Notes: generated by a model from the sequence alone, not told the origin. A stretch of DNA of 64,000 nucleotides from an uncultured delta proteobacterium (GCA_963755715.1 CAVWLW010000021.1:1-64000); one strand, 5' to 3'. Positions 29,392 to 39,247 are shown, counted from the stretch's first letter. Made by a program: numbers and translations.

Positions 29392-30165
29392 ATGGCTGCG
29401 CCGTTAAATAATCGCCCCTTGACGGGTAAAATCGCGCTCGTAACCGGCGCGAGCCGCGGTATCGGCGCCGCCGCGGCCGTTCGTCTGGCTCAGGCCGGCG
29501 CCGCGGTTGCCATCAATTATCATCAGAACAAAGAGGCTGCCGAAAAAATAGCCGATCAAATTGCCGAGAGCGGGGGGCGCAGCGCGATCATTCAAGCCGA
29601 CGTGACCGACAAAAACCAAGTCGAGCAGATGGTTGCGGTCGCGCAGCGTGAGTTAGGTGCGATCGACGTTTTGGTTAACAATGCCTATTTTCCCTTCGAC
29701 GTCGGTGCGCTGCACGAACTCTCGTGGGAAAGCTTTCACCGCGCCATCGAGCATGAGCTGTCGGCACTGTTTCATTGTACCCGCGCGTGCGTACCGGCGA
29801 TGAAGGGAAAAAAAGCTGGCCGAATTATAGTCGTCAGCACACGCTTGGCGCAGCAGCCGTTGCCCAGGATGGGAGCCTATGCCGCCGCCAAGTCCGCCCT
29901 CGAGTCGATGGCCAACACCATGGCGATCGAGTTGGGACCCTTGGGGATCTCGGTCAACGTCGTCACGCCGGCGTTCACGTTGACCGATGCGTCGATGATC
30001 ATGCCCGAGGCGTATCGGGAGCGAGTGAAGGAAACTCGGCCGTTGAAAAAGCATCTCTATCCTGAAGATGTCGCCGGCACGATCGCATTTTTGGCCGGTG
30101 ATGAAGCCAGTATGCTCACCGGGAGCCATATCTTGATTACCGGCGGCAGTCATCTGCAACTCTAA
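29392..30165 (+). CDS. Short-chain dehydrogenase/reductase (FabG-like)
   Basis: TGASRGIG, LVNNA, YAAAK catalytic motif. Confidence 0.92.
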   Translation: MAAPLNNRPLTGKIALVTGASRGIGAAAAVRLAQAGAAVAINYHQNKEAAEKIADQIAESGGRSAIIQADVTDKNQVEQMVAVAQRELGAIDVLVNNAYFPFDVGALHELSWESFHRAIEHELSALFHCTRACVPAMKGKKAGRIIVVSTRLAQQPLPRMGAYAAAKSALESMANTMAIELGPLGISVNVVTPAFTLTDASMIMPEAYRERVKETRPLKKHLYPEDVAGTIAFLAGDEASMLTGSHILITGGSHLQL

Positions 30166-30166
30166 A

Positions 30167-30234
30167 AATTGATAATGGATAATTGAGAACGCCCGGATTC
30201 TAAATTTTCAATTATCCATTCTCCATTATCAATT
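30167..30234. repeat. AT-rich palindromic element built of heptamer units
   Basis: aattgat-aatggat-aattgag-aa ... ttttcaa-ttatcca-ttctcca-ttatcaa-tt; arms are mutually reverse-complementary. Confidence 0.7.
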
Positions 30235-30242
30235 GTTTGCCT

Positions 30243-31727
30243 ATGCTTTCTCTCGACGAGATCATCGCTAGACTGACCGAGATTGTCGGTTCGCGACGCG
30301 TTTCCACCAACCCCATCGACAAGATCAACTATCAGCACACGCTCGCTTATGGCGCTTATCGCGCGCTGCCAGATGTCATCGTGCGAATCGAGTCCGATGC
30401 AAACGGCCATCACAAAGTCGCCGATATTTTAAGATTCGCCAATGAGCACAAGATCCCGATCGTCGCCAAAGGCGGCGTCGGTATGGGCATCAGCTCGCCG
30501 CTCAAAGGTGGCTTGCTTCTCGATATGCTCGGCATGGACAAAATCCTTGAAGTCAATCCTGCCCTGCAATACGTGATCGCGGAGGGCGGCGCGAGCGTGT
30601 ACGGCATTCATCACGCCTTGCGCCAGCATGGACTGATGCTGCCGAATTTCGGCACCTATGGTCCCGCGGTCGTCATCGGCGCGATGATCAATAAAGGCGG
30701 CATCGGCTACGGCATGACGCGCTACGGCTGGATTGCCGACATGGTGCTCGGTTTGGAAGTGATATTTGCCAACGGCGAGACCATTCGGCTCGGCGCGCTC
30801 GCGAATCAGGGCACGACATTCGGTCCCTTTCAAAAATGGATTCACCTGCCGGACTTGCTTGGTCTTTTCACCCTCGCCGCCGGTTCCATGGGTATTATCA
30901 GTAAGGTTTGTTTGCGCGCCATCGAAGGCAGGCGCGAGTGGCTGCATGATTACTGCTATTCATTCCGGCGCGATCAACTTGCGGAAGCGCAGGACGCGCT
31001 GATGCAGTTGGTCAAAGGTGAGGTGGTTTACGACATTCATTTCACCGACCGTTGGCAATACCATTGGCCGATGGAAGACGGTTTGTACGATAAACGCAAA
31101 GTTCCTGACGATAGCTGGTTTTTCTTAAAGACGATGTTGATGGCGCGCGATGCAGACGAATTGGCATTTAAAGAGAAACGCATGCGGCGCATTTATCATG
31201 ACGCGGGGGGCATCGACGTACCTGAGATCGCCGAAAAGGGAATGGGCGCTGAAGCGCAAGAGCATGGTCTGCATGGCTGGCCGGACTGGCATATTATGGG
31301 GCCGGACGGCTGGTGTGGCTCGGTGGTGCGCCACACCGGCATGTTCGCGGTCACGTCCAAGATGTATCCGCTGACGTTTCTCAAAGAAATGTATGATCTT
31401 GACGAAGCCGCCAAGCGTGAGAGCGGGCTTTGGGACGCCGAGCATTCGCCGCAGCATGACAGTTACGTCACGCGCGATCTCGGCATCAAAGAAGAGTATT
31501 TCGTCTTCTACAATCCCTATGACGACGAAGACGTCGGCAAACTTCGCAAGTGGATGGGTATGGTGCAGCAATTCAGTAACGAGCGCGGCGTGGTCTGGAC
31601 CGCGCCGACTTTGAGCACCAAAGGGCCGATGCCCTATCAGCGGCTGGGCAACCTTTACGACGTGATCAAGGAGATTAAGCAACTGGTCGATCCCAACAAT
31701 ATTCTGAACCCCGGCGCGCTCTATTAA
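30243..31727 (+). CDS. FAD-binding oxidoreductase, VAO/PCMH (GlcD/D-lactate dehydrogenase-like) family
   Basis: PDVIVR, IPIVAKGG, GLEVIFANGE, GSMGIISK, C-terminal IKQLVDPNNILNPG. Confidence 0.88.
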   Translation: MLSLDEIIARLTEIVGSRRVSTNPIDKINYQHTLAYGAYRALPDVIVRIESDANGHHKVADILRFANEHKIPIVAKGGVGMGISSPLKGGLLLDMLGMDKILEVNPALQYVIAEGGASVYGIHHALRQHGLMLPNFGTYGPAVVIGAMINKGGIGYGMTRYGWIADMVLGLEVIFANGETIRLGALANQGTTFGPFQKWIHLPDLLGLFTLAAGSMGIISKVCLRAIEGRREWLHDYCYSFRRDQLAEAQDALMQLVKGEVVYDIHFTDRWQYHWPMEDGLYDKRKVPDDSWFFLKTMLMARDADELAFKEKRMRRIYHDAGGIDVPEIAEKGMGAEAQEHGLHGWPDWHIMGPDGWCGSVVRHTGMFAVTSKMYPLTFLKEMYDLDEAAKRESGLWDAEHSPQHDSYVTRDLGIKEEYFVFYNPYDDEDVGKLRKWMGMVQQFSNERGVVWTAPTLSTKGPMPYQRLGNLYDVIKEIKQLVDPNNILNPGALY

Positions 31728-31747
31728 TCAAAGAAGGAGAGAAGATT

Positions 31748-32542
31748 ATGGGACTCGGAAGGCAAGATTTTTCCGGCAAGAGGCTTGCGCCCCCTGAAGC
31801 CGACGCCGTGGTGGCCGATCTAAAAAAATATCTGGCTGATATCGCAGAGCGCTGGCTCATCAAAGGACGTTTCCATACCGATATGGCTAAGGGCACGCTG
31901 CCGATGGAAGCGATCCAAGTATTTTGGCAGAACTGGTACGGCTTTGTCGCCGAGATCAACAATTTTCACGGCGTCGCCTACCAGCGCCACTTGCCTTTTT
32001 TCAAGCGCCATCCCGAGCTGCAAAAACACTTTGCCAACCATGTCGCAGACGAAATGATCCATCCCAAACCGCCGGGGCACATTCAAATCGTGCTCGAGCA
32101 AGGCCGCAACTTCGGTCTCACCAACGATCAAATGATCGAATATGAGATGCTGCCCGAGTGCCGAGCGTTTCTCGAATATTATCGCGGCGTGCTCTATGAA
32201 GGCACGATGGTCGAGTGGTGGGCATCGTTCTGTGTCGAGGAAGCCGTGGGCCACTGGGCCAAGTTCTTCGGCGGTACGCTCCGGAAGAACTTTAATATTC
32301 CGGAAGACAAGATCGTTTACTTCCGCATGCACGCGCAGGCCGATCTCGAAGAGCACGACGGCGTGATGGCGCACGCCGACCTGGATTGGATGGTTCTGAA
32401 AAAATTGCTCGAAGAAGGCAAAGCCGACACCCGGCCGGGATTCAATTTAGAATATTGCCTGCGCACCGGCACAGCCTATTTTGCCTGGTTCTTCGAGGGG
32501 GTCTACCAATGCGTTAAAAAAGAAGGATTCTACAAAGTTTAA
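31748..32542 (+). CDS. Heme-oxygenase-like helical diiron enzyme (PqqC/CADD/TenA superfamily)
   Basis: All-helical pattern with DE...H (DEMIHPKPPGH), VEE, and YFRMHAQADLEEH matching the HDO E/H/E/H/D/H ligand arrangement. Confidence 0.72.
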   Translation: MGLGRQDFSGKRLAPPEADAVVADLKKYLADIAERWLIKGRFHTDMAKGTLPMEAIQVFWQNWYGFVAEINNFHGVAYQRHLPFFKRHPELQKHFANHVADEMIHPKPPGHIQIVLEQGRNFGLTNDQMIEYEMLPECRAFLEYYRGVLYEGTMVEWWASFCVEEAVGHWAKFFGGTLRKNFNIPEDKIVYFRMHAQADLEEHDGVMAHADLDWMVLKKLLEEGKADTRPGFNLEYCLRTGTAYFAWFFEGVYQCVKKEGFYKV

Positions 32543-32544
32543 TC

Positions 32545-33567
32545 ATGGGCGAAACCAACAACGAAGAGCTGTCGCCCCGCCGGTTGATGCGGATCCTGGG
32601 AGATTTCGCGAATAGCCAAATCCTCGACGCCTCAATCGAATACGATTTTTTCACACTCATCCACAAAGGCCTCCAATCCGCCGAAGAAATCGCGCGCGCG
32701 GCCGGAACGGATGCACGCGCCACGCGTATTGTTCTCGATAGCCTGCCGGCTTTAGGCTTGATCGAAAAGCGCGGTGGTAAATACTTTCTCACCCCCACGG
32801 CCGACGTATTTCTGGTCAAAGAGAAGCCCTCTTATGTCGGGGATTTTCGCCACGTGGCGCTGGCGCTTTGGGACGGCATGGCTCATCTCAAGGAGTCGCT
32901 CAAGACCGGCAAACCGCTCAGCCGCATGGACACCGGTGCCGAATTGCAAGTGTGGGAAAAGTTAGTGCTCGGCATCATCGTCATCGCCGAGCCTGCGGCG
33001 AAAGCGCTCTGCGATATCCTAAAAATCGGCAGCGCGCGCAAAGGGATCAAAGTTCTCGACATCGCCGGTGGTTCGAGCATTTTCGGCATGACTATTTTGT
33101 CCCGGGATCCATCAGCGCAGGTCACACAACTGGATTGGCCCAATGTGAATGCGGTCGCTAAGAAAGCTAATAAAGAGCGTGGTCTGGACGGCAAGATCCG
33201 TTTCATCGACGGCGAGCACCATACGGCGCCCATCGAAACGAATTATTACGACTTAGTTCTCGCCAGCAATTTTTGCCGCTTCGAATCGCCCAGAGGGAAT
33301 CAGGAACTATTTGCTAAAGCCTATTCGGCGCTCAAACCCGGCGGTATCTTCGTCGTCAACGACTTTGTACCGAACGAGGAGCGCACCGAACCGACTTTCG
33401 CGTTGCGCTTTTCCGTTTACACTTTGACGCACACGCCGGAAGGCGAGTGCTGGACGTTGTCGCAGTATTCCGACTGGTTACAGAAGGCGGGCTTCAAGTC
33501 GATTGAAATCCATGGCGATATTCCGAAGACATTGCCAGGAACGACTTTGATTGTGGCGAAGAAATAA
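32545..33567 (+). CDS. SAM-dependent methyltransferase, O-methyltransferase family 2 (dimerisation domain + Rossmann)
   Basis: Winged-helix N-terminus (SAEEIARAAGTD...LGLI), VLDIAGGS, LDWP, ALKPGG, WLQKAGF. Confidence 0.88.
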   Translation: MGETNNEELSPRRLMRILGDFANSQILDASIEYDFFTLIHKGLQSAEEIARAAGTDARATRIVLDSLPALGLIEKRGGKYFLTPTADVFLVKEKPSYVGDFRHVALALWDGMAHLKESLKTGKPLSRMDTGAELQVWEKLVLGIIVIAEPAAKALCDILKIGSARKGIKVLDIAGGSSIFGMTILSRDPSAQVTQLDWPNVNAVAKKANKERGLDGKIRFIDGEHHTAPIETNYYDLVLASNFCRFESPRGNQELFAKAYSALKPGGIFVVNDFVPNEERTEPTFALRFSVYTLTHTPEGECWTLSQYSDWLQKAGFKSIEIHGDIPKTLPGTTLIVAKK

Positions 33568-33633
33568 ACGATGAATACCGGCGCTAGCGCGCAAATCGAA
33601 TGAACTTTCTAGCTCTTACTGCAAAAGGGATTT

Positions 33634-34542
33634 TTAGATTACTTTTTTACCGCCCGACTCCCAACGACTTAAGCCACGGCCTTGTGCTTTGCGGCTGGCG
33701 ACGATGCGCCGCCATTTTTCCTGATCGGAGAGCAGTTCTTCCACTTGATTCGGCGCATGAGCGGTGATCTGCAATCGATTATTATCGGGGTCGAAAAAGT
33801 AAATGCTGCGCTCGCCTGGCGGTCGCAAACCGTCCTCGGCGCGTCTGTCGCCTTGCGTCTTACCACCGTAGCGCTCGACCAGTGCAACCATAGAGTCGAA
33901 GTCATCTTGCGGCACGTCCATGGCCATGTGACAACCGCGGCCATGCTTTTTGCTCCGGTCCGATAATTTTTCGACTTCCACCAAGCCGATCATTTGACCG
34001 TTTTGCGCGGGAATCAGCATCTCGTTATCAGAGGCGATCGGCACGCCGCTGCCGAGTGCTTCTGAATAAAAGGTCATGGCTTTTTTCATGTTCAGTGTTT
34101 CGAAAACCGTGTGGCTGATGCATTCGCCCAACGGTTCGCTGCGACGAAGGCAAAACTCCAGATGATTACCGTCCAAGTCGTCGAAGTAAATCGACAATGC
34201 CAAGGGTCCGTCATCACCGTGCTCTATGGGGCCACGGAACGGATGATGGGCTGCTTTGAGATTTTGCTGGGTTTGCTCGAGTCGTTCGCGCGTGACGCCG
34301 ACACCGATGCGCGGAGCGGCGCTTAAAGATGGTCCGGCGACCACCCCAGGCAGATGCAGGCCGATGATATTGTTGCCAGCGAGCACGTAGGTCTGGCGCG
34401 GCGTGCCATCGGGATTGCGCCTGGTCGTTTTGAATTGCAACCCAAGCACATCGACATAAAACGCTTGATTGATTGCCAGATCGCGCACCGGAATGGCGAT
34501 GTGGTCGATGCTTTCGACGCCAAAACGTATTTCTGCAACCAT
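33634..34542 (-). CDS. Tandem-domain VOC (glyoxalase/extradiol dioxygenase fold) protein
   Basis: IDHIAIPVRDL...SIYFDDLDGNHLE and ISHTVFE...SIYFFDPDNNRLQ. Confidence 0.85.
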   Translation of the reverse strand: MVAEIRFGVESIDHIAIPVRDLAINQAFYVDVLGLQFKTTRRNPDGTPRQTYVLAGNNIIGLHLPGVVAGPSLSAAPRIGVGVTRERLEQTQQNLKAAHHPFRGPIEHGDDGPLALSIYFDDLDGNHLEFCLRRSEPLGECISHTVFETLNMKKAMTFYSEALGSGVPIASDNEMLIPAQNGQMIGLVEVEKLSDRSKKHGRGCHMAMDVPQDDFDSMVALVERYGGKTQGDRRAEDGLRPPGERSIYFFDPDNNRLQITAHAPNQVEELLSDQEKWRRIVASRKAQGRGLSRWESGGKKVI

Positions 34543-34654
34543 GGATGAATCCTCTGCTGCTGTATCGCTTGTTTGTGCGGAACCTACAAGAAATCGGAGT
34601 GGAACGTCAACAGATGTTGAGACAAAAATTCGCGTTTTGATCGATGCCAGCGGT

Positions 34655-35885
34655 TTAGATGATTTCCGGAAAGATAAACTTTCTCTTGCCCAAGCGGCGT
34701 GCGCCGCTTTTCTCGATCACCACGGTATCGCCGCAGCGGATCGAGTCGGGTGCGTCGCCCGGCATCGCTCCCGGTTTAAGCACAAAGACATTGCCCTCGA
34801 CCAAGGGCAGATCGAGATGTTGTGTGTAAGTCGCGCTCGTGTACATATCGCCTTCGACCTCGCCGGTGATCTGCGGCCGATCTTCACCGATGCCGCGGCC
34901 GTGCAGCAACATCCCTTTCGGCGTATGGCCCGCCTCGCGCACGAGCTTTTGATAAAGCATCACCACCTGGCGAAATGACACACCGGGCTTCATAAATTTC
35001 ACCAGCTCGTCGAAAACTTTTACGCTCACGTCGAAAGCGCGGGTTAATTCGTCGGGGATTTTTCCCAGGCACGCGGCCTGCACAGTTTGCGCGATATAGC
35101 CTCCATACTTTGCCTCAAGCTCGGTGTTAACCATATCGCCGGCTTGGAGCGGGCGGTGCGGCGCGATGCGACAGGCCCAGGGCACGCCGGCTCCCGCGCC
35201 CCAGTGCGTCATCGACGGGTAGTCTCCGCCGTTGGCGATGATCGTTTGCCAGATCGTGGCGACCATGTCGTTTTCCATGACGCCCGGCTTCGCCTTGGAG
35301 ATGATTGCAGCGACGACCCTGTCGAGAATCTCCGCGGCGCGCTCGATCCAAGCGACTTCTTCAGCGCCTTTGACGGAGCGGGCCTCTTGTAAGAGCTCTG
35401 TGGCGTTCTCAAACCTCGCCTTGGGAAAGGCCTGGCGCACTTTGTCGAGCATGCCTGTCACGACGGTGCCTTCAGGCGCGCGCAAGAGACCGCTCAAACC
35501 GCTCACACCGATGCGCGCGCTTTGCAATTGCAATTCCGTCATTCGTTCGATGACGGGCTCGCCCCAGGAGCGCCGGCTCGGGCGTATATCGGTTAGCCAA
35601 TCCTGGGCGATGCTCCACCATTCCACTTCGTTGCCGCCGCGGACGAAGGCGGTCACCGCGCCGGAGAGCGGGAACACGACCGCGACTTCGGTTTGATGGC
35701 CGCCGATGTGGGTCAGATAGCGAATGTCCGCCTGAAATTGATCCCAGTGGCTTTGATTGGGAAAGCCGATAATCGCGTCGAGCTGCTTTTGGCTGCATGA
35801 GCTCGCGCACGCGCGACCAGCGCCGCTCACGCTCTGCATGACTGAACTTAGGTAAGCCAAAGCCTCGTTCGCCGCTATTGATCAT
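34655..35885 (-). CDS. M24 (pita-bread fold) Xaa-Pro peptidase/creatinase-like hydrolase (apparent +1 frameshift near 35791)
   Basis: N-terminus FSHAERERRWSRVRELM joins QKQLDAII; RSVKGAEEV, AKPGVME, HGRG, GDTVVI; metal ligands degenerate. Confidence 0.82.
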
Positions 35886-36161
35886 CACGCCCCCCGCTTT
35901 CATTCACTTTTCTTGAATTTATATGGTGAGCTGTCAGGCCGTTCAAGCACCGTCCTTGGACCCTTGGAAATATGCCTTGAAGCGCCGGTTTCGAAAGCCC
36001 GCGGCGACATGAAAACGAAGCCCAAGTGCACCCAAGCGGTCGATTTTACCACTAGCATTGCCAAAACTCAGGTGCTAGACTCCGGCCGTGCTGATCAGAG
36101 ATCTGTCCGTCAAACTCACCCGGCAAAAACTCGCGCACTAGAGCCTCACTAGGGGCACACC

Positions 36162-37562
36162 ATGCAATACCTAGCGATTTGCGAGGACGATCTATTATTC
36201 CAGTTTATGCGCAACGTTGCCGACGAGCAGGGCGAGGTGCGCTACCTGGTTCCCAATGACAAGATCGCGCGCGCGATCAAGCGTCAAGGCGGCAAGGTAT
36301 GGCACGGTGACTTGCTCAAGGAAGAGACTTACAAGAAGGTCAAGCTTCACTACATCGATCAAGCGATCGTGTTTATCCGCGACGGCGACTTGCAAGACCG
36401 CGTCTGCCGGCTCCTGCGCAGTCTCGACAAGATGGTTTCGATCGTGTCGTTGACTTCGGACAATAACGGTAATCATAAGGAACCCGCCGATCCCCTGCTG
36501 CGCCACCTTCAGTTGTCCAATATTTTCGAAGAGTTTTGCGCTTCGCAACTGCTTGACACGTTGAATATCAAGAAGGTCGAGCGCATACGCTCGCTGTTCG
36601 CCAGCGGCAAGAAGATCCATATTTTGCTACAACACGATCCCGACCCGGACGCCATCGGCAGCGCTTTGGCGCTGCGCGAGTTGCTCGGGCGCAATCGGGC
36701 GACGACCCCGATCGTCACTTTTGGCACCATCACGCGGCCGGAGAATTTGGCCATGGTGCGTTTGCTCGACATCCAGATCGAGCAGATTTCCTACGAGGAT
36801 CTGCACAAGGACGGCGCCCGCTTGGCGCTTGTCGATGTGCAGCCGCCTTACTTCGAGAAGCCGTTGGGGCGTGTCGACCTCGTGGTCGATCACCATCCCA
36901 AAAGAATCGCCTTCAAAGCGCGCTTCGCCGATCTGCGCAGCAACTATGGCGCGACCTCGACGATCTTCACCGAGTATTTGCGCGCCGCGGGCATGGAACC
37001 GTCGCAGCGCCTGGCGACCGCGTTGGTTTACGGCATCAAGACCGACACGTTGTTTCTCGAGCGCGGCAGCAACCTGGCCGACCTGAGCGCGTTTAATTTT
37101 CTCTACCCGATCGCCAATAAGGCGATGATCTCGCGCATCGAGCGGCCGGCATTGCCGCGGGAAGATTTGGAAGCGATGGGACGCGCGCTGAGCCGGCTGC
37201 AAGTCGAAAACGGCGTCGCCGTCATCCATTTGGGAGAAATCAATCGCGAAGATGTGATTCCGCAACTGGCGGAGTTCTGTTTGCAAATCGAAGGGGTCGA
37301 TTGGAGCGTGGTTTCGGGTCTGGTCAAGGACCGGGTGGTCATCTCGGTGCGCAACGTCGGCTATGTCAAAAGCGCCGGCGAAATCATGAAAAAACTCTAC
37401 GACGACATCGGCAGCGCGGGCGGTCATCGGGCGATGGCCAAAGCGGTTGTGCCCCTAGACCGTTTCAAGGAAAGATTCGGCGAAGTGAGCGAGCGAGTGA
37501 TACGAGAGGCCATGGTGCCGATGATCGTCGACCGCGATCAGATCGAGCTCGTCTTAAATTAG
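36162..37562 (+). CDS. DHH/DHHA1 phosphoesterase with N-terminal TrkA-N/RCK-like domain
   Basis: DPDAIGSA, LVD, VDHH, GIKTDT, SVR, AGGH; N-terminal Rossmann-like segment (HGDLLKEETYKK). Confidence 0.85.
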   Translation: MQYLAICEDDLLFQFMRNVADEQGEVRYLVPNDKIARAIKRQGGKVWHGDLLKEETYKKVKLHYIDQAIVFIRDGDLQDRVCRLLRSLDKMVSIVSLTSDNNGNHKEPADPLLRHLQLSNIFEEFCASQLLDTLNIKKVERIRSLFASGKKIHILLQHDPDPDAIGSALALRELLGRNRATTPIVTFGTITRPENLAMVRLLDIQIEQISYEDLHKDGARLALVDVQPPYFEKPLGRVDLVVDHHPKRIAFKARFADLRSNYGATSTIFTEYLRAAGMEPSQRLATALVYGIKTDTLFLERGSNLADLSAFNFLYPIANKAMISRIERPALPREDLEAMGRALSRLQVENGVAVIHLGEINREDVIPQLAEFCLQIEGVDWSVVSGLVKDRVVISVRNVGYVKSAGEIMKKLYDDIGSAGGHRAMAKAVVPLDRFKERFGEVSERVIREAMVPMIVDRDQIELVLN

Positions 37563-37705
37563 CTCCTGCTGGCTGCTCATGCGAGCCAACTATGATAAAA
37601 GCTCATGAGCCTGCCCGCCGCATCCAGAGCTGCCCACTTCCTTGACAACTCCCGCCTCGGCGGACTAAGGGTGAAGCAAATCAACGCTTCAAAAGGGAGG
37701 TCTCT

Positions 37706-38098
37706 ATGCCTAAACTACGCCATTTGGCCATCCGCACCGAAGACACCGGCAAACTCGCGTCGTTTTATATGGACGTTTTCGAGATGCAGATGCTGCACAA
37801 AGACAAGAACGAAGGCGGTGCGATATTTCTAACCGACGGTTATTTCAATCTGGCGATTCTGCCGAACCATGAGCAGCAAGCGCCCAATGGTCTTTACCAC
37901 TTTGGCTTCGAGGTTGAGAACGGCGAAAAGATCGTCGAACGCTTGAAGAAGGTCAACCCCAACAAATTACCCAAGCCGCGTCCCAACGGTCGGCCCTACG
38001 CCGAGACCCGCGGTTCCGATCCGGACGGAAACTATTTCGACATTTCCGAGCATGGTTTCGAGAATGTCGTGCCGCTGGGTGAGAAAAAAGATAACTAG
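37706..38098 (+). CDS. VOC family protein
   Basis: LRHLAI, LYHFGFEV, DPDGNYFD; RBS GGAGG. Confidence 0.88.
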   Translation: MPKLRHLAIRTEDTGKLASFYMDVFEMQMLHKDKNEGGAIFLTDGYFNLAILPNHEQQAPNGLYHFGFEVENGEKIVERLKKVNPNKLPKPRPNGRPYAETRGSDPDGNYFDISEHGFENVVPLGEKKDN

Positions 38099-38138
38099 CA
38101 CTTGCGCCGTCTTTCCGGTAATCTCTTAAGTTCCGCGA

Positions 38139-38166
38139 GTAGGGGACGGTCGCAACCGTCCCCTAC
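38139..38166. repeat. GTAG-type REP palindrome
   Basis: GTAGGGGACGG-TCGCAA-CCGTCCCCTAC, perfect 11-bp inverted repeat bounded by GTAG/CTAC. Confidence 0.75.
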
Positions 38167-38200
38167 GTAAAAAATTTTCACGCCGAGTGCGCGAGGCGAG

Positions 38201-39247
38201 GTGATCGCCGTGACGAATTGGCCAGCTGCAAGATTCTGTTGGCGCCTGACGTTCATTGGCATCGCCTCACTCGGATTGCTACTCCCTTTCATTGCTCCAC
38301 GGCGAGCAGTCGGGCAAATCAAATCAAACCTGTCCTCCAGCGTCACCAGCGAGAGCATGACCCACGTCTGGGTGGCGCGCGACCGCGGCTTGTTCAAAAA
38401 ATATGGCCTCGACATGCAGTTCATTCTCATGCCGCGCAATCCTCTGGCCATCGCTGCGTTGCTTGCCGGCGAGATCGACGCCGCGATCGTCGGTCCCGGC
38501 CACCTCGTCAATGCCGGATTGAGCGGCGCGGATGTCATCGGTATCGCCAACTTTAATCAAAAACTGGACTTCCGTCTTAATACGCGACCAGAGATCAAGA
38601 AGCCGGAAGACCTCCACGGCAAACGGATCGCAATCAGCGGTCCGGGATCGACGTCGCATCTGGTTACGATGCTTTCGCTCCAGGGACTCAACGTCGATCC
38701 GATTCAAGCGAAGATTGCATTTCTGACGATACCGGGGACGGAAATGAACCGGCGCCTGGCGCTTGAGAGCGGCAGCGTAGACGCAACAACGCTCAGAGGC
38801 GCGATGGGCGATCTTTATGCCAACAAGGGTTACACCCTGCTTTATAATTTAAAGGCTGCCGGTGTAACGCTGCCGCAAAACATGATGGTGACGACGCGGC
38901 GCACAGCAGCAACCAAGCCGGCGGTGATCGAAGGCTACTTGAAAGCGACCATCGAGGCGATCGCGATGATCAGCGATCCCGCAAACAAGGAACTCGTGAG
39001 TCGGCTTTTGGCCTCGAACCTGCGCTTGAGCAATCCGGCCGATGTCGAGGAGTCCTATCAGGCCGTGATTTCCAATTATGAACGCGCGCCGCACACCACC
39101 ATAGAAGGAATGAAGCGGCTGCAAAAGCTTTTGATTCAGCTCAACCCCAAGATCGCTGAAGTGCGCGTCGAGACTCTCATCGATAACTCGTTCATGAACA
39201 AGCTCGAAAGCTCCGGTTTTATCCAGAGCCTGTATAAGAAAAACTGA
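38201..39247 (+). CDS. NitT/TauT (SsuA/THI5-like) ABC substrate-binding protein
   Basis: WVARDRGLFKKYGLD, ALLAGEID, DLHGKRIAISGPGS; start uncertain. Confidence 0.85.
   Translation: MIAVTNWPAARFCWRLTFIGIASLGLLLPFIAPRRAVGQIKSNLSSSVTSESMTHVWVARDRGLFKKYGLDMQFILMPRNPLAIAALLAGEIDAAIVGPGHLVNAGLSGADVIGIANFNQKLDFRLNTRPEIKKPEDLHGKRIAISGPGSTSHLVTMLSLQGLNVDPIQAKIAFLTIPGTEMNRRLALESGSVDATTLRGAMGDLYANKGYTLLYNLKAAGVTLPQNMMVTTRRTAATKPAVIEGYLKATIEAIAMISDPANKELVSRLLASNLRLSNPADVEESYQAVISNYERAPHTTIEGMKRLQKLLIQLNPKIAEVRVETLIDNSFMNKLESSGFIQSLYKKN

Noticed and set aside
27896-33567. Calling the cluster bacteriochlorophyll (bchE/bchU), benzimidazole (bza) or PQQ biosynthesis
   Set aside because: Only family-level resemblance; no Mg-chelatase, bzaAB/F, cobT or pqqABDE genes in the window
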